A stretch of DNA of 41,114 nucleotides from Candidatus Micrarchaeota archaeon (GTDB lineage: Archaea > Micrarchaeota > Micrarchaeia > Norongarragalinales > Norongarragalinaceae): assembly GCA_018304285.1 (NCBI GenBank), contig JAGVWL010000036.1:1-41114 (forward strand), in the 5' to 3' direction. The notes below the pieces were generated by a model. The model saw only the letters and a list, made by a program, of their open reading frames with translations, did not search any database and was not told where the DNA came from. Shown here one piece after another: positions 1-8,090 of the stretch; positions within the stretch are counted from its first letter, which is position 1, and every line of letters begins with the position of its first letter. Made by a program: the position numbers and the translations under genes.

Positions 1-1
1 C

Positions 2-271
2 ATTCAGAAGAAGCTTTTCCTCAAAGCCAAGCTTTTCCTCGAGTCGCACACTACGCTAGTCAAAAACATGAACGAGTTCAAGGCTGCATTGGACGAAACC
101 AAGGGTTTTGTCGTAGCCGGGTGGTGCGGGGACGCGCGGTGCGAAGAGGCAATCAAGGAAGAAACGACCGCGAGCATAAGGCTGGTTCCTTTCGACGCTG
201 CTGCGAAAGGCGAGTGCGTGTACTGCTCGAAGCCCGCGAAAACCACGGCGCATTTTGCGAAAGCCTACTGA
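2..271 (+). CDS. proS: Proline--tRNA ligase, archaeal/eukaryotic type, C-terminal fragment (truncated by window start)
   Basis: Frame open from base 2; WCG...CEEAIKEETTASIRLVPF...CVYC..PA.....FAKAY is the Zn-binding C-terminal domain of archaeal ProRS, ending in the typical AKAY. Confidence 0.93.
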   Translation: MQKKLFLKAKLFLESHTTLVKNMNEFKAALDETKGFVVAGWCGDARCEEAIKEETTASIRLVPFDAAAKGECVYCSKPAKTTAHFAKAY

Positions 272-288
272 TTTTTGAATCGTGTATA

Positions 289-413
289 TAGCCCCGGGCG
301 GAGTCGAACCGCCGTTCGTGGGTTTCTTCAAGCGCAGGAGTTGCTCGCCCCTAAAGGCTCGCTTATCCGCACCTGCCAAAGCCCACTGTACTGGGCCGCT
401 ATACGACGGGGCT
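289..413 (-). tRNA. trnQ: tRNA-Gln(UUG) with a 52-nt intron at canonical position 37/38 (intron 324-375)
   Basis: Reverse complement gives acceptor AGCCCCG/CGGGGCT-A, anticodon stem GTGGG/CCCAC, loop CT-TTG-G|A interrupted by the intron, T arm GGCGG-TTCGACT-CCGCC; CCA not encoded. Confidence 0.92.
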
Positions 414-478
414 ACAGGAGATTATTTGAGTTCAACGCATATTTTAACTTACTTCAGCCGATACTTTGAGGTGATGTA

Positions 479-643
479 ATGACGCGCGGTGGAAAAGGAA
501 AAAAGAGAGGAAAAGCTCTACGAAACATTTTCGGGAGAATTGTGACCTATTCCAAAGCCAAAACGCACGGAATTAAAAGCATCATAACCGGCAAGGTTAA
601 GAAGCGCATAACGAGGAAACCAACGCGCCTCAAACCTTGGTGA
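479..643 (+). CDS. Small highly basic protein (54 aa), possible ribosomal or nucleic-acid-binding protein
   Basis: SD GAGGTGAT just upstream of the ATG; MTRGGKGKKRGKALRNIFGRIVTYSKAKTHGIKSIITGKVKKRITRKPTRLKPW; 19 K/R and no D/E; not in the ORF track. Confidence 0.7.
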   Translation: MTRGGKGKKRGKALRNIFGRIVTYSKAKTHGIKSIITGKVKKRITRKPTRLKPW

Positions 644-704
644 GTTTAAACCAATATTTTATATTATTGCACTGCGTTTTTCTGTCAGGGGAGGCTTGGA
701 ACCT

Positions 705-1199
705 ATGAAGAAACGCAATTTCGGCAGAGGGTTTTTCGACGACGATTTCTTCGCCGAGTTCGAGCGCATAGAAGAAATGATGCGCGACATGCTCGACGAA
801 CACATGGAACACCTCGACGATTCGGACTTGAAGCAAATGGAAGGCTCGCGCCCCAAGATTTACGGTTTCACCCTCGAGTTCGGGCCCGAAGGCAAGGGAA
901 AACTCACTGAATTCGGCAACACCCATTCGATGCAGAGGCAAGAGCAAAAGCAGAAGAAAGGCGAGCCGTTCGTCGACGTCATAAACCACCCTGAAAACGT
1001 TACGGTCATAGCCGAATTGCCGGGCGTGGACGAAAAGCACTTGGACGTCAAGGCTTTCGCCAAGCAATTGAGCTTGCGCGTGACCGACCCGCAAAGGCTT
1101 TTCTCGAAAACCGTGGTTTTGCCCGCGGAAGTCGACCCCAAAACGCTAAAACGTTCTTTGAAAAACGGCATTCTCGAACTCGTTTTGAAGAAAGCGTAG
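705..1199 (+). CDS. hsp20: Small heat-shock protein, Hsp20/alpha-crystallin family
   Basis: EPFVDV...VTVIAELPGVDEK...F.KTVVLPAEVD...LKNGILELVLKK; Phe/acidic N-terminus and IYGFTL..GPEGK...EFGN typical of archaeal Hsp20; SD GGGGAGG. Confidence 0.92.
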   Translation: MKKRNFGRGFFDDDFFAEFERIEEMMRDMLDEHMEHLDDSDLKQMEGSRPKIYGFTLEFGPEGKGKLTEFGNTHSMQRQEQKQKKGEPFVDVINHPENVTVIAELPGVDEKHLDVKAFAKQLSLRVTDPQRLFSKTVVLPAEVDPKTLKRSLKNGILELVLKKA

Positions 1200-1203
1200 C
1201 GAA

Positions 1204-1812
1204 ATGGACAGGCAGCAGCTGCAAACGCTAGTTTCCTCGACAGGAGCTTCTATTCCTATTGCCAACGCTTTCGCGAAAACCGACCGGGCAGAGTTCGTTC
1301 CGGAAGAGCTGGAAAGCGTGGCGTACGAAGACAAGCCCGTTCCCCTGCCTGAAGGCCAGACTACGTCACAACCCTCCCTTATTGCGCTAATTCTCGACCA
1401 CCTCGCCTTAGGCAAAGGCGCGCGCGTTTTGGAAGTGGGAACAGGATTCGGTTTTCAAACCGCTTTATTGAGCGAGTTGGTGGGTGCAAAAGGCTTGGTA
1501 GTCTCCATTGAATATTTCCGGTCGCTGCACGAGCAGGCGAAAAAGCGTTTGGCGGGAAGGAAAAACGTCTTGCTTTTGCACGCAGACGGCAAGAAAGGTT
1601 TTGCGGAGAAAGCGCCTTTCGACGCGATAGTGGTGAGCGCAGCTTGCGCAGAGCTTCCGCCTAAGCTGTTTGCGCAGTTGAAGAAAGGCGGGCGCTTGGC
1701 GTACCCGCAGGAAACGGGCTTCGGGCAAGACCTGGTGCTAGTGGAAAAGACGGCGGAAGGAAAAAAGAAAACCACGCCCCTTCTGCCAGTAGCGTTCGTG
1801 CAGTTGCGTTGA
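1204..1812 (+). CDS. pcm: Protein-L-isoaspartate O-methyltransferase
   Basis: R.EFVP, AYED.P.P...GQTTSQP, SAM motif VLEVGTGFG, APFDAIVVSAA, QLKKGGRL, terminal VAFVQL. Confidence 0.93.
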   Translation: MDRQQLQTLVSSTGASIPIANAFAKTDRAEFVPEELESVAYEDKPVPLPEGQTTSQPSLIALILDHLALGKGARVLEVGTGFGFQTALLSELVGAKGLVVSIEYFRSLHEQAKKRLAGRKNVLLLHADGKKGFAEKAPFDAIVVSAACAELPPKLFAQLKKGGRLAYPQETGFGQDLVLVEKTAEGKKKTTPLLPVAFVQLR

Positions 1813-1839
1813 AAAACCCTTAAATACCAAGAAAACGGA

Positions 1840-2319
1840 ATGTTGATTATGGTTAGAATTCTTCCATTGCCTGAAGGCGTTTCGGAAATACGCTATGCAG
1901 CGGCTATGCGACCTTTTAAGCCTGGTTTGCAGAGGCTGGCAGCCAGAAAAATAATATTGAAATACGGTTCGGTTGTTGTCAATGCCTTGAAAGAAGAAGG
2001 CGTTCATGCTTTGAACGCATTCTCCGAGCATGGACAAAAGGCGGTTGATTCGTTTAAAGGCCACGGCCTTTCCGCTTTAGACGATTACCGAACGAGCGGT
2101 TCGGTTGTGTTCGCAGTTTTACCTCATTTGAAACAGGCGCATATCGATGGAGTAAAACGCATTTTGGGGGAACAGTTTCTTGCTGCCGGAGATTACCGAA
2201 CTCTAAAGATAATGCTTGACGAGCACTATGCGGCTGGTTTAGCAAGACTGATAACTTCCGAACCAAAAAACTTCAAAAAGATATTCGAAGATACTAGCGC
2301 CAAACGCCGCAAAGGCTGA
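1840..2319 (+). CDS. Hypothetical protein, AT-richer than its neighbours
   Basis: 159-aa ORF filling the gap, followed by a T-tract; no family recognised. Confidence 0.6.
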   Translation: MLIMVRILPLPEGVSEIRYAAAMRPFKPGLQRLAARKIILKYGSVVVNALKEEGVHALNAFSEHGQKAVDSFKGHGLSALDDYRTSGSVVFAVLPHLKQAHIDGVKRILGEQFLAAGDYRTLKIMLDEHYAAGLARLITSEPKNFKKIFEDTSAKRRKG

Positions 2320-2392
2320 TTTTTTTTCCAGTGGTCTTTCTATTCTTAGAGGGAAAAGCACCGGAAGCACTGGAAAGCCACTCTCTCTGCAG

Positions 2393-2400
2393 CTTTAAAA
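2393..2400 (+). promoter_or_regulatory. Putative TATA box of the micro-ORF cluster
   Basis: CTTTAAAA about 50 nt upstream of the ATG at 2450, with SD GGGGTGA at 2437-2443. Confidence 0.4.
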
Positions 2401-2449
2401 ACAAAAGTCTAGTGGTTAGTCTCCGCGTTTTTTGGCGGGGTGATTTCGC

Positions 2450-2551
2450 ATGATGTGCTTGAATTGCGGCAGGAAGTTCGACTCGTGCTGCGGCGACGAG
2501 CAAGAGTTTTGCCCGTCATGCTCATTCGGCCGATGCGCGGTTGGAATTTGA
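2450..2551 (+). CDS. Zinc-finger micro-protein 1 (33 aa, CxxC...CPxC)
   Basis: MMCLNCGRKFDSCCGDEQEFCPSCSFGRCAVGI; SD GGGGTGA; paralogous to the next ORF. Confidence 0.72.
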   Translation: MMCLNCGRKFDSCCGDEQEFCPSCSFGRCAVGI

Positions 2552-2575
2552 ATGCAAACGGAGGGGAGTGGGGAG

Positions 2576-2668
2576 ATGCTGTGCTTGAACTGCGGGAGGA
2601 AATTCCAGCTGTGGAGTGAAGGAGAGCCGGACATCTGCCTGGTTTGCGGCTCGACCGAGTACGCTTGA
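2576..2668 (+). CDS. Zinc-finger micro-protein 2 (30 aa, CxxC...CxxCG; alternative in-frame start at 2552)
   Basis: MLCLNCGRKFQLWSEGEPDICLVCGSTEYA; purine-rich SD GGAGGGGAG; shares CLNCGRKF with the previous ORF using synonymous codons. Confidence 0.75.
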   Translation: MLCLNCGRKFQLWSEGEPDICLVCGSTEYA

Positions 2669-2707
2669 ACAGGAGAGTTTCTAGAGGAAAAAGAGAGGTG
2701 GTTTGAA

Positions 2708-2833
2708 ATGAAGATAGACGTTTCGCAATTGCCGTACGAGGCAGTAATGAACGCCGTTGCAAAAAGCAGGTGGGTGGTGAAAAACTTCGTCTGCGACAAC
2801 GGAAGGGTCGTGTTGGACTGCGCACCCGCGTAG
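2708..2833 (+). CDS. Micro-protein of unknown function (41 aa)
   Basis: SD GAGGTGG; MKIDVSQLPYEAVMNAVAKSRWVVKNFVCDNGRVVLDCAPA. Confidence 0.62.
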   Translation: MKIDVSQLPYEAVMNAVAKSRWVVKNFVCDNGRVVLDCAPA

Positions 2834-2848
2834 AATCCGGTGGGATTT

Positions 2849-2904
2849 GGGAAAGGGGCTCGCGGCGTTCCACAACCCCCAAGGGGACGCCGTGGCTTTT
2901 TCCC
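2849..2904 (+). terminator. Long GC-rich stem-loop between the micro-ORF cluster and smc
   Basis: GGGAAAGGGGCTCGCGGCGTTCC pairs with GGGACGCCGTGGCTTTTTCCC including several G-U pairs; T-rich tracts downstream. Confidence 0.45.
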
Positions 2905-2964
2905 TATAGGCTTAAAAAAACTTTTACCCTTCTTTTTCCATAGTTTTCCGAGGAGAAACCCGCC

Positions 2965-5900
2965 GTGTTCGTAAGCAAAATCCAGTTTCAAAACTTCAAG
3001 AGCTTCAAGAAGGGAGACATAGCCTTACAGCCGGGCTTCAACACTATCGTCGGTCCCAACGGCAGCGGAAAGTGCGTTAAAGGAGATTCCAAGGTAATCC
3101 TTCCGGACGGCAGGGTTTGCGAGATAAAAAGCTTGGTTGAAGACGCTTTACTTTCGGATTCCAACGCTATCGACGACGGTTTCGTTTCTCTTAAACCCGG
3201 GATTAGCGTTTTTTCCCTGAATCCCAAAACACTGAAAGTCGAGGAAAAGCCAGTAACCGCTTTTGTTAAAAGAAAAAGCCCGCAGGAGTTGTTCGAGCTT
3301 TCAACAAGAACTGGCAGGAGAATTACTTCAACGGGCTATCACCCGCTTTTGGTGCTTAAAGATGGCATTTTGCAAAACCTTCCTGCAGACCAGCTGGAAA
3401 AAGGAATGGTGGTCGTCATCCCGCGCAGTTTGAATTTTCGCGAGCAGCAATTCAATCCGCTTGTGGCGTTGGCGAAGTTAGATTCGTCTTTATACTGCAC
3501 CTCGAGCGAACTCCGCTCGTTGCTTAAGAACAAGAAAAAAGCTTTATGCGTTTATTGGAAGCAAATCGCGGCAGAGTCTCAAGTTTCCTTGACCGCATTG
3601 GAAAGCTTTTTGGAAGGCCAGGCAATCAAACTCAATGATGCTTTCAAATTGTGCGTCTGGCTGGGTTTGGGTGAGTTTGAGGCTGGCAATTACCTGAAAT
3701 TCGTAAAGGGAAGGAGTTTCAACAAACCCATTCGAATTCCGGAAGTTTTCAGCGAAGATTTGGCTAAATTTTTAGGCTACGTCATTTCGGAAGGGCGTGT
3801 TGCAAACAACGAGGTTTTTTTCTACAACTCTTCTCCAGAAGTCTTGGCGGATTTCGAAGGGTTATGCGAAAGGCTGTTCTCTAAAAAACCAGTGATGTGT
3901 TTTAATGGCAATCAAAAGTTTCTTTTGCTGGTTGGAAAGCCGGTAGTTGCCCTGCTTGATTACGTTTTCAAAGTCAGGGAGTACGGGCATTCCTCGACGA
4001 AACAAGTTCCGCCCCAACTGTTCCACTCGAGCTTGGATGTTTGCGGAGCCTTCCTCAGCGCTTACTTGGACGGAGACGGCAGCGTTTCAGCAGAAACAAA
4101 GGGCTTGGAGGCAACCTCCGCAAGCAAGAACCTCGCTTGGGGCTTGCAATTGCTGCTTTCAAAATTCGGGGTAGTGTCGACATTGCACGAGTGCGTTAAA
4201 TACGCTTCTAACACCACTTTGAAGACGAGGCGGTCTTACTGGAGGATTGCAGTCCAAGGCCTCGATAACCTTTCCAGGATGAAGGGCTTTCTCAAGTTCT
4301 CCATACTGCAAAAGCGGATTGCTTTTGAAGCGCTTTTCGAAGCGGACTATTCGCGTTCAAACGCATTGTTTGATTCGATTCCTGGCGCTGAAAAACTCGC
4401 TAAAACCGTGTTAAAGCAAACAGGTTATGGAAGTAAGAGGCTGAGGCGGGTAAAGCCAAGCCTGCTTCGGGCTTATGCCGAAAAGCGTTGCTCTCCTTCT
4501 GTGAAAGGCCTGCGGGCTTTAGTTTCGTTTGCACGTGAAAAGGGAGTTGTTACTCAAGAACTCGAGTGGCTTGAGACGCTCAGCGAAAGCGGCGTTTATT
4601 GGGATGCGCTTGTTGAAATCAGGAAAGTAAGCGGCGAAGAATGGGTTTATGACCTGTGCGTTGACGGCAATCACAATTTCCTTGCGGAAGGGATTTTCGT
4701 TCACAATAGCAACGTTTGCGACGGGCTGCTGTTTTCTTTCGGCGAATCCCGCTTGAAAACTATGCGCGTCAAGAAAATCCGCGACTTGATTTTCGAAGGG
4801 GCATCGGTGGCCGAGGCGACGGTAGTCTTGTCCGACGGCGCTCGCGAGCGCGTGATAAAACGCGCGGTGCGCAAGGACGGCAAGATAAAATACTCTCTCG
4901 ACGGAAAGCGCGTGAAGAAATACGTTTTGGAAGAATTCCTGGCGCAAAACAGCATTGCCCTGCACAATTTCATCAAGCAAGGCGAAGTCCAGCGCATCGT
5001 GGAAATGAATTCGAAAGACCGCAGGCTCATGATTGACTTTATCGCAGGCGTTTCCGAGTACGAAGAGAAGAAGAGGGAGGCGTTTGGTGAATTAGATAAA
5101 GTCCAGTCGAAAGTCTCGGAGGAAAGGGCGGTCATTTCGGAGAAGGAAGGGTATTTGCAGGAGCTTGCCGAGGAAAAGAAGAGCGCCGAAAAGTTCGTGG
5201 GGCTGGATTCCGAACTCAAGAAGACGAAGGCGACGGTGCTGCGCCTAGAGCTGGACGTTCTCGAGAAAGAGTTCGAGACGCTCATCAACTCGGGCTTGGA
5301 TTTGGACAACAAAATCCGCGCTTTGGGCGACGAGATAAAAAGCCTGGAAGACCGCATTGCGGAAACGAACAAGCGAAAGGACGACGTGAACAAGCAAATC
5401 ATCGAAAAAAGCGAGGGCAAGGAAGGCGAAATACAGCGGCAAGTTGATTTGCTGCAGAACGAAATCGACAATTCCAAGAAACTCATCGAGCAGAACAAGG
5501 AAGAGCTTAAGGCGAGGGACAAGACGCTTGCAGAATCTTCTGTTGAAAAGCGCAAGGCCGAAGACTCGCTTTCCTACGCCAAGAAAGAAGCGATGGAGCT
5601 CGAGGAAGAGCTTTCCTCGACCCAAAAAATCCTTGGTGAAAAACAGGCCGAATACGACGCAATCGTTTCCAAAAGCGAAGCCTTCTCGCAGCAGTTCCAC
5701 CACGCCCGCGCGCAAATGTCTTCGCTCGAACAGGAACTGCTGCAGGTGAAAGACAGGCTCAACCAGCTGCAGGGCGAAGTTTCCACGAGCGAAACGATTT
5801 TGCGTTTGAAGCAGGACGAGCTAGAACGGCTGCAGTCGGGGCGCGGGGAAGACCATTCGGACGAGAAAGGCGTTTTGTCGAAGCACGTTGAAAACCTTAC

Positions 5901-8049
5901 TGCAGAGTTGCGCAAGCTCGACGCGCAAGTCAAGGACTTGGCTGTTGACGAGCAAAAGTTTACGAACGCGCTGGAAAACCTCGACGGGGAAATTTTGAAG
6001 TGCAAGGAACGCATTTCCGTCGCCGACGCGCGATTGCGCGCAGCCGGAAGCAGCAAGGCAGTCGAAATCGTGGAAAAGCTGCGCGGGGAAATGAAGGGAG
6101 TCTACGGCACGGTCCAGCAGCTTATCGATTACGAGCAGGCATATGCCTTGCCCGTTTCCATAGCGTTGGGAAACAGGATGCATTACGCGGTCGTCGATTC
6201 CGTGAAAACGGCCGGCAAGGCCATTGATGTGCTGAAGAAAAACAATTGGGGGCGGGTTTCGTTCATTCCTTTGGATAAGATAAAACCCGCGCCCATCAAC
6301 GCCGACGAAGCAAAGCTCAAGGGCGAGAAGGGCGCGGTGGATTTCCTCATCAATCTATTGAAGTTCGAAAGCGACTTCGAGAAGGCAATAAAATACGTTT
6401 GTTCGAACACGCTGGTAATGCAGGATTTCGCTTCGGCGGAAAAGCTCGTCGGGAAAACGCGAATGGTTACCCTCGACGGGGAGCTTTTGGAGCAAAGCGG
6501 GCTTGTGACCGGCGGAAAGTCGAGGGAGGAAATCAATCCTTTTGCCGAAGCCAAGGAACTCAAGAAATGGGAGGACCGGCTGGACGGGATAAAAGGCGAA
6601 AAGGAAGGGTACGCGCAAAGGCTTTCGCAAGCGCGCGGGGATTTGGGCGACATGCGCAAGCGCAAGGCGGAATTGGAAGTAGAGAAAACCAAGGCGGAAT
6701 TGGAATTGCGCAACATTCTCGAGCAGGAGAAGGCGTGGGAAGAGAAGAACAAGAACGTCGTGCGGGCGGCAGCGCAGTTGAAGCAGGACGTCAGCGACTT
6801 GAAGCGCGGCATCGACGACAAGTCTCAAGAGCGCAACGGTTTGGTGCGCAGGATTTCAGACTTGAACTCGAAATACTTGCAAGCGAAGGAAATGGTCGAC
6901 TCGGAAAAGGAAGCGCAGTTCGGAACCCTAGTGCGCGAGAAGGAAAAAAGGCTTTCCGACTTGAAAATCCAAGTCGCGGATTACTCCAGCCAGATTTCCG
7001 GCAAAAAGGCGGCAGTCTCGTCGCTGGAAAAACAGTTTGAAGTGCACGAAAAGCGCGAGAGGGAGTTGGAAGGGGAAGCGAGGCGCTTGCGCGAGGAGAA
7101 CGACGCGGCGGACGAACGCATCCAAAGGAGCAATTTGGAATTGCGCGTGAAGATCGAAGAGCAAAAGCGCATTTCATCCGCAATACGCAATCTGCTGGAA
7201 GCGAGGGAAGAGCATGAAAAGCAGGTTTCGGCTTTCGGCGAAATGAAGGGCAAGGTGCAGGCGGATTTGGAACTTCGCATCAAGCCCAAGCGCGAGGAGC
7301 TCGGCTACAAGCGAGCTGGAACCGAGGCAAGGCTCACGGAATTGAAAGCGCAATACTCTGCTTTCGAGGGCGTCGAGCTGGTGGATGGCGAGAAAGGGGT
7401 TTTGCTCGTGCGGACTAAAGAGCTGGAGCAGGAGATTGTTGCGTTGGGCGCAATCAACATGCGCGCCATCGACGCTTTCGAAGAGAAGACCCGCGAGTTT
7501 GCGCAGCACAAAGAGCGCTTGCAGCAGCTGGAAAACGAACGCCTCGCGGTGCTGGCGCTGATTACCGAAATCGAGGGAAGGAAGAAGGAAACGTTCATGG
7601 CTGCGTTTGAACGGGTGAATGAAAACTTCCAAAAGCTGTTCAAGCACATTTTCACGGGCGACGGCTCGCTGCTTTTGGAAAACTCCGAGAACCCGTTCGA
7701 CGGCGGTTTGACCATGCAAGTGAAGCTGCAGGACAAGGAAGTGAAATACCTGGAGCTGATGAGCGGCGGGGAGAAATCGCTTTTGGCGCTTTTGTTCATT
7801 TTCGCAATGCAGGGCATTAACGCGTCCAGCGTGTACGTCCTCGACGAGGCGGACGCTGCGCTGGACGAAGAAAACTCGACGAAACTAGCGCTTTTGCTGA
7901 AGGCGTTATCGGATAGGACGCAGTTCATCGTGGTTACGCACAACGAGGCTGTTTACAGGAATGCCGATTGCCTCGTGGGCGTTGCGATGGCAGGCCGCGA
8001 GGGCAGCAAGCTCGTGGAAGTTAAATTGTCGCAAGCTGCGAAAGTTTGA
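2965..8049 (+). CDS. smc: Chromosome segregation protein SMC (1694-aa precursor with intein; about 1149 aa mature)
   Basis: NFKSF, Walker A GPNGSGK|SN split by an intein, long coiled coils, hinge (GVYGTV...GRVSFIPLD...VTLDG...SGLVTGG), signature MSGGEKS, Walker B/D-loop YVLDEADAALD, FIVVTH. Confidence 0.97.
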   Translation: MFVSKIQFQNFKSFKKGDIALQPGFNTIVGPNGSGKCVKGDSKVILPDGRVCEIKSLVEDALLSDSNAIDDGFVSLKPGISVFSLNPKTLKVEEKPVTAFVKRKSPQELFELSTRTGRRITSTGYHPLLVLKDGILQNLPADQLEKGMVVVIPRSLNFREQQFNPLVALAKLDSSLYCTSSELRSLLKNKKKALCVYWKQIAAESQVSLTALESFLEGQAIKLNDAFKLCVWLGLGEFEAGNYLKFVKGRSFNKPIRIPEVFSEDLAKFLGYVISEGRVANNEVFFYNSSPEVLADFEGLCERLFSKKPVMCFNGNQKFLLLVGKPVVALLDYVFKVREYGHSSTKQVPPQLFHSSLDVCGAFLSAYLDGDGSVSAETKGLEATSASKNLAWGLQLLLSKFGVVSTLHECVKYASNTTLKTRRSYWRIAVQGLDNLSRMKGFLKFSILQKRIAFEALFEADYSRSNALFDSIPGAEKLAKTVLKQTGYGSKRLRRVKPSLLRAYAEKRCSPSVKGLRALVSFAREKGVVTQELEWLETLSESGVYWDALVEIRKVSGEEWVYDLCVDGNHNFLAEGIFVHNSNVCDGLLFSFGESRLKTMRVKKIRDLIFEGASVAEATVVLSDGARERVIKRAVRKDGKIKYSLDGKRVKKYVLEEFLAQNSIALHNFIKQGEVQRIVEMNSKDRRLMIDFIAGVSEYEEKKREAFGELDKVQSKVSEERAVISEKEGYLQELAEEKKSAEKFVGLDSELKKTKATVLRLELDVLEKEFETLINSGLDLDNKIRALGDEIKSLEDRIAETNKRKDDVNKQIIEKSEGKEGEIQRQVDLLQNEIDNSKKLIEQNKEELKARDKTLAESSVEKRKAEDSLSYAKKEAMELEEELSSTQKILGEKQAEYDAIVSKSEAFSQQFHHARAQMSSLEQELLQVKDRLNQLQGEVSTSETILRLKQDELERLQSGRGEDHSDEKGVLSKHVENLTAELRKLDAQVKDLAVDEQKFTNALENLDGEILKCKERISVADARLRAAGSSKAVEIVEKLRGEMKGVYGTVQQLIDYEQAYALPVSIALGNRMHYAVVDSVKTAGKAIDVLKKNNWGRVSFIPLDKIKPAPINADEAKLKGEKGAVDFLINLLKFESDFEKAIKYVCSNTLVMQDFASAEKLVGKTRMVTLDGELLEQSGLVTGGKSREEINPFAEAKELKKWEDRLDGIKGEKEGYAQRLSQARGDLGDMRKRKAELEVEKTKAELELRNILEQEKAWEEKNKNVVRAAAQLKQDVSDLKRGIDDKSQERNGLVRRISDLNSKYLQAKEMVDSEKEAQFGTLVREKEKRLSDLKIQVADYSSQISGKKAAVSSLEKQFEVHEKRERELEGEARRLREENDAADERIQRSNLELRVKIEEQKRISSAIRNLLEAREEHEKQVSAFGEMKGKVQADLELRIKPKREELGYKRAGTEARLTELKAQYSAFEGVELVDGEKGVLLVRTKELEQEIVALGAINMRAIDAFEEKTREFAQHKERLQQLENERLAVLALITEIEGRKKETFMAAFERVNENFQKLFKHIFTGDGSLLLENSENPFDGGLTMQVKLQDKEVKYLELMSGGEKSLLALLFIFAMQGINASSVYVLDEADAALDEENSTKLALLLKALSDRTQFIVVTHNEAVYRNADCLVGVAMAGREGSKLVEVKLSQAAKV
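3073..4707 (+). mobile_element. Intein (545 aa) with LAGLIDADG homing endonuclease in the SMC Walker A motif
   Basis: Starts with Cys (CVKGDSKV), block B TGYHPLL, endonuclease blocks FLGYVISEG and FLSAYLDGDG, block F/G VYDLCVDGNHNFLAEGIFVHN then Ser+1; removal restores GSGKSN. Confidence 0.96.
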
Positions 8050-8090
8050 GGTTTTGGGGGATTGCCGTAATCACAGCCTTATAGTGTTCG

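Noticed and set aside
350..359. AGCCTTTAGG shared by the tRNA-Gln intron and the mcm leader (25686-25695)
   Set aside because: A 10-nt match is expected by chance in 41 kb and the similarity does not extend
2549..2904. Selenocysteine or UGA recoding (in-frame TGA at 2549 with a downstream hairpin as SECIS; also in-frame TGA at 12191)
   Set aside because: The TGA is not at a Cys-equivalent position, the hairpin lacks a clear archaeal SECIS GAA/A internal loop, and TGA ends many conserved genes here at their expected C-termini
2409..2991. Minus-strand ORFs of 157 and 191 aa in the ORF track
   Set aside because: Antisense shadows of the three SD-led + strand micro-ORFs; no recognisable protein features
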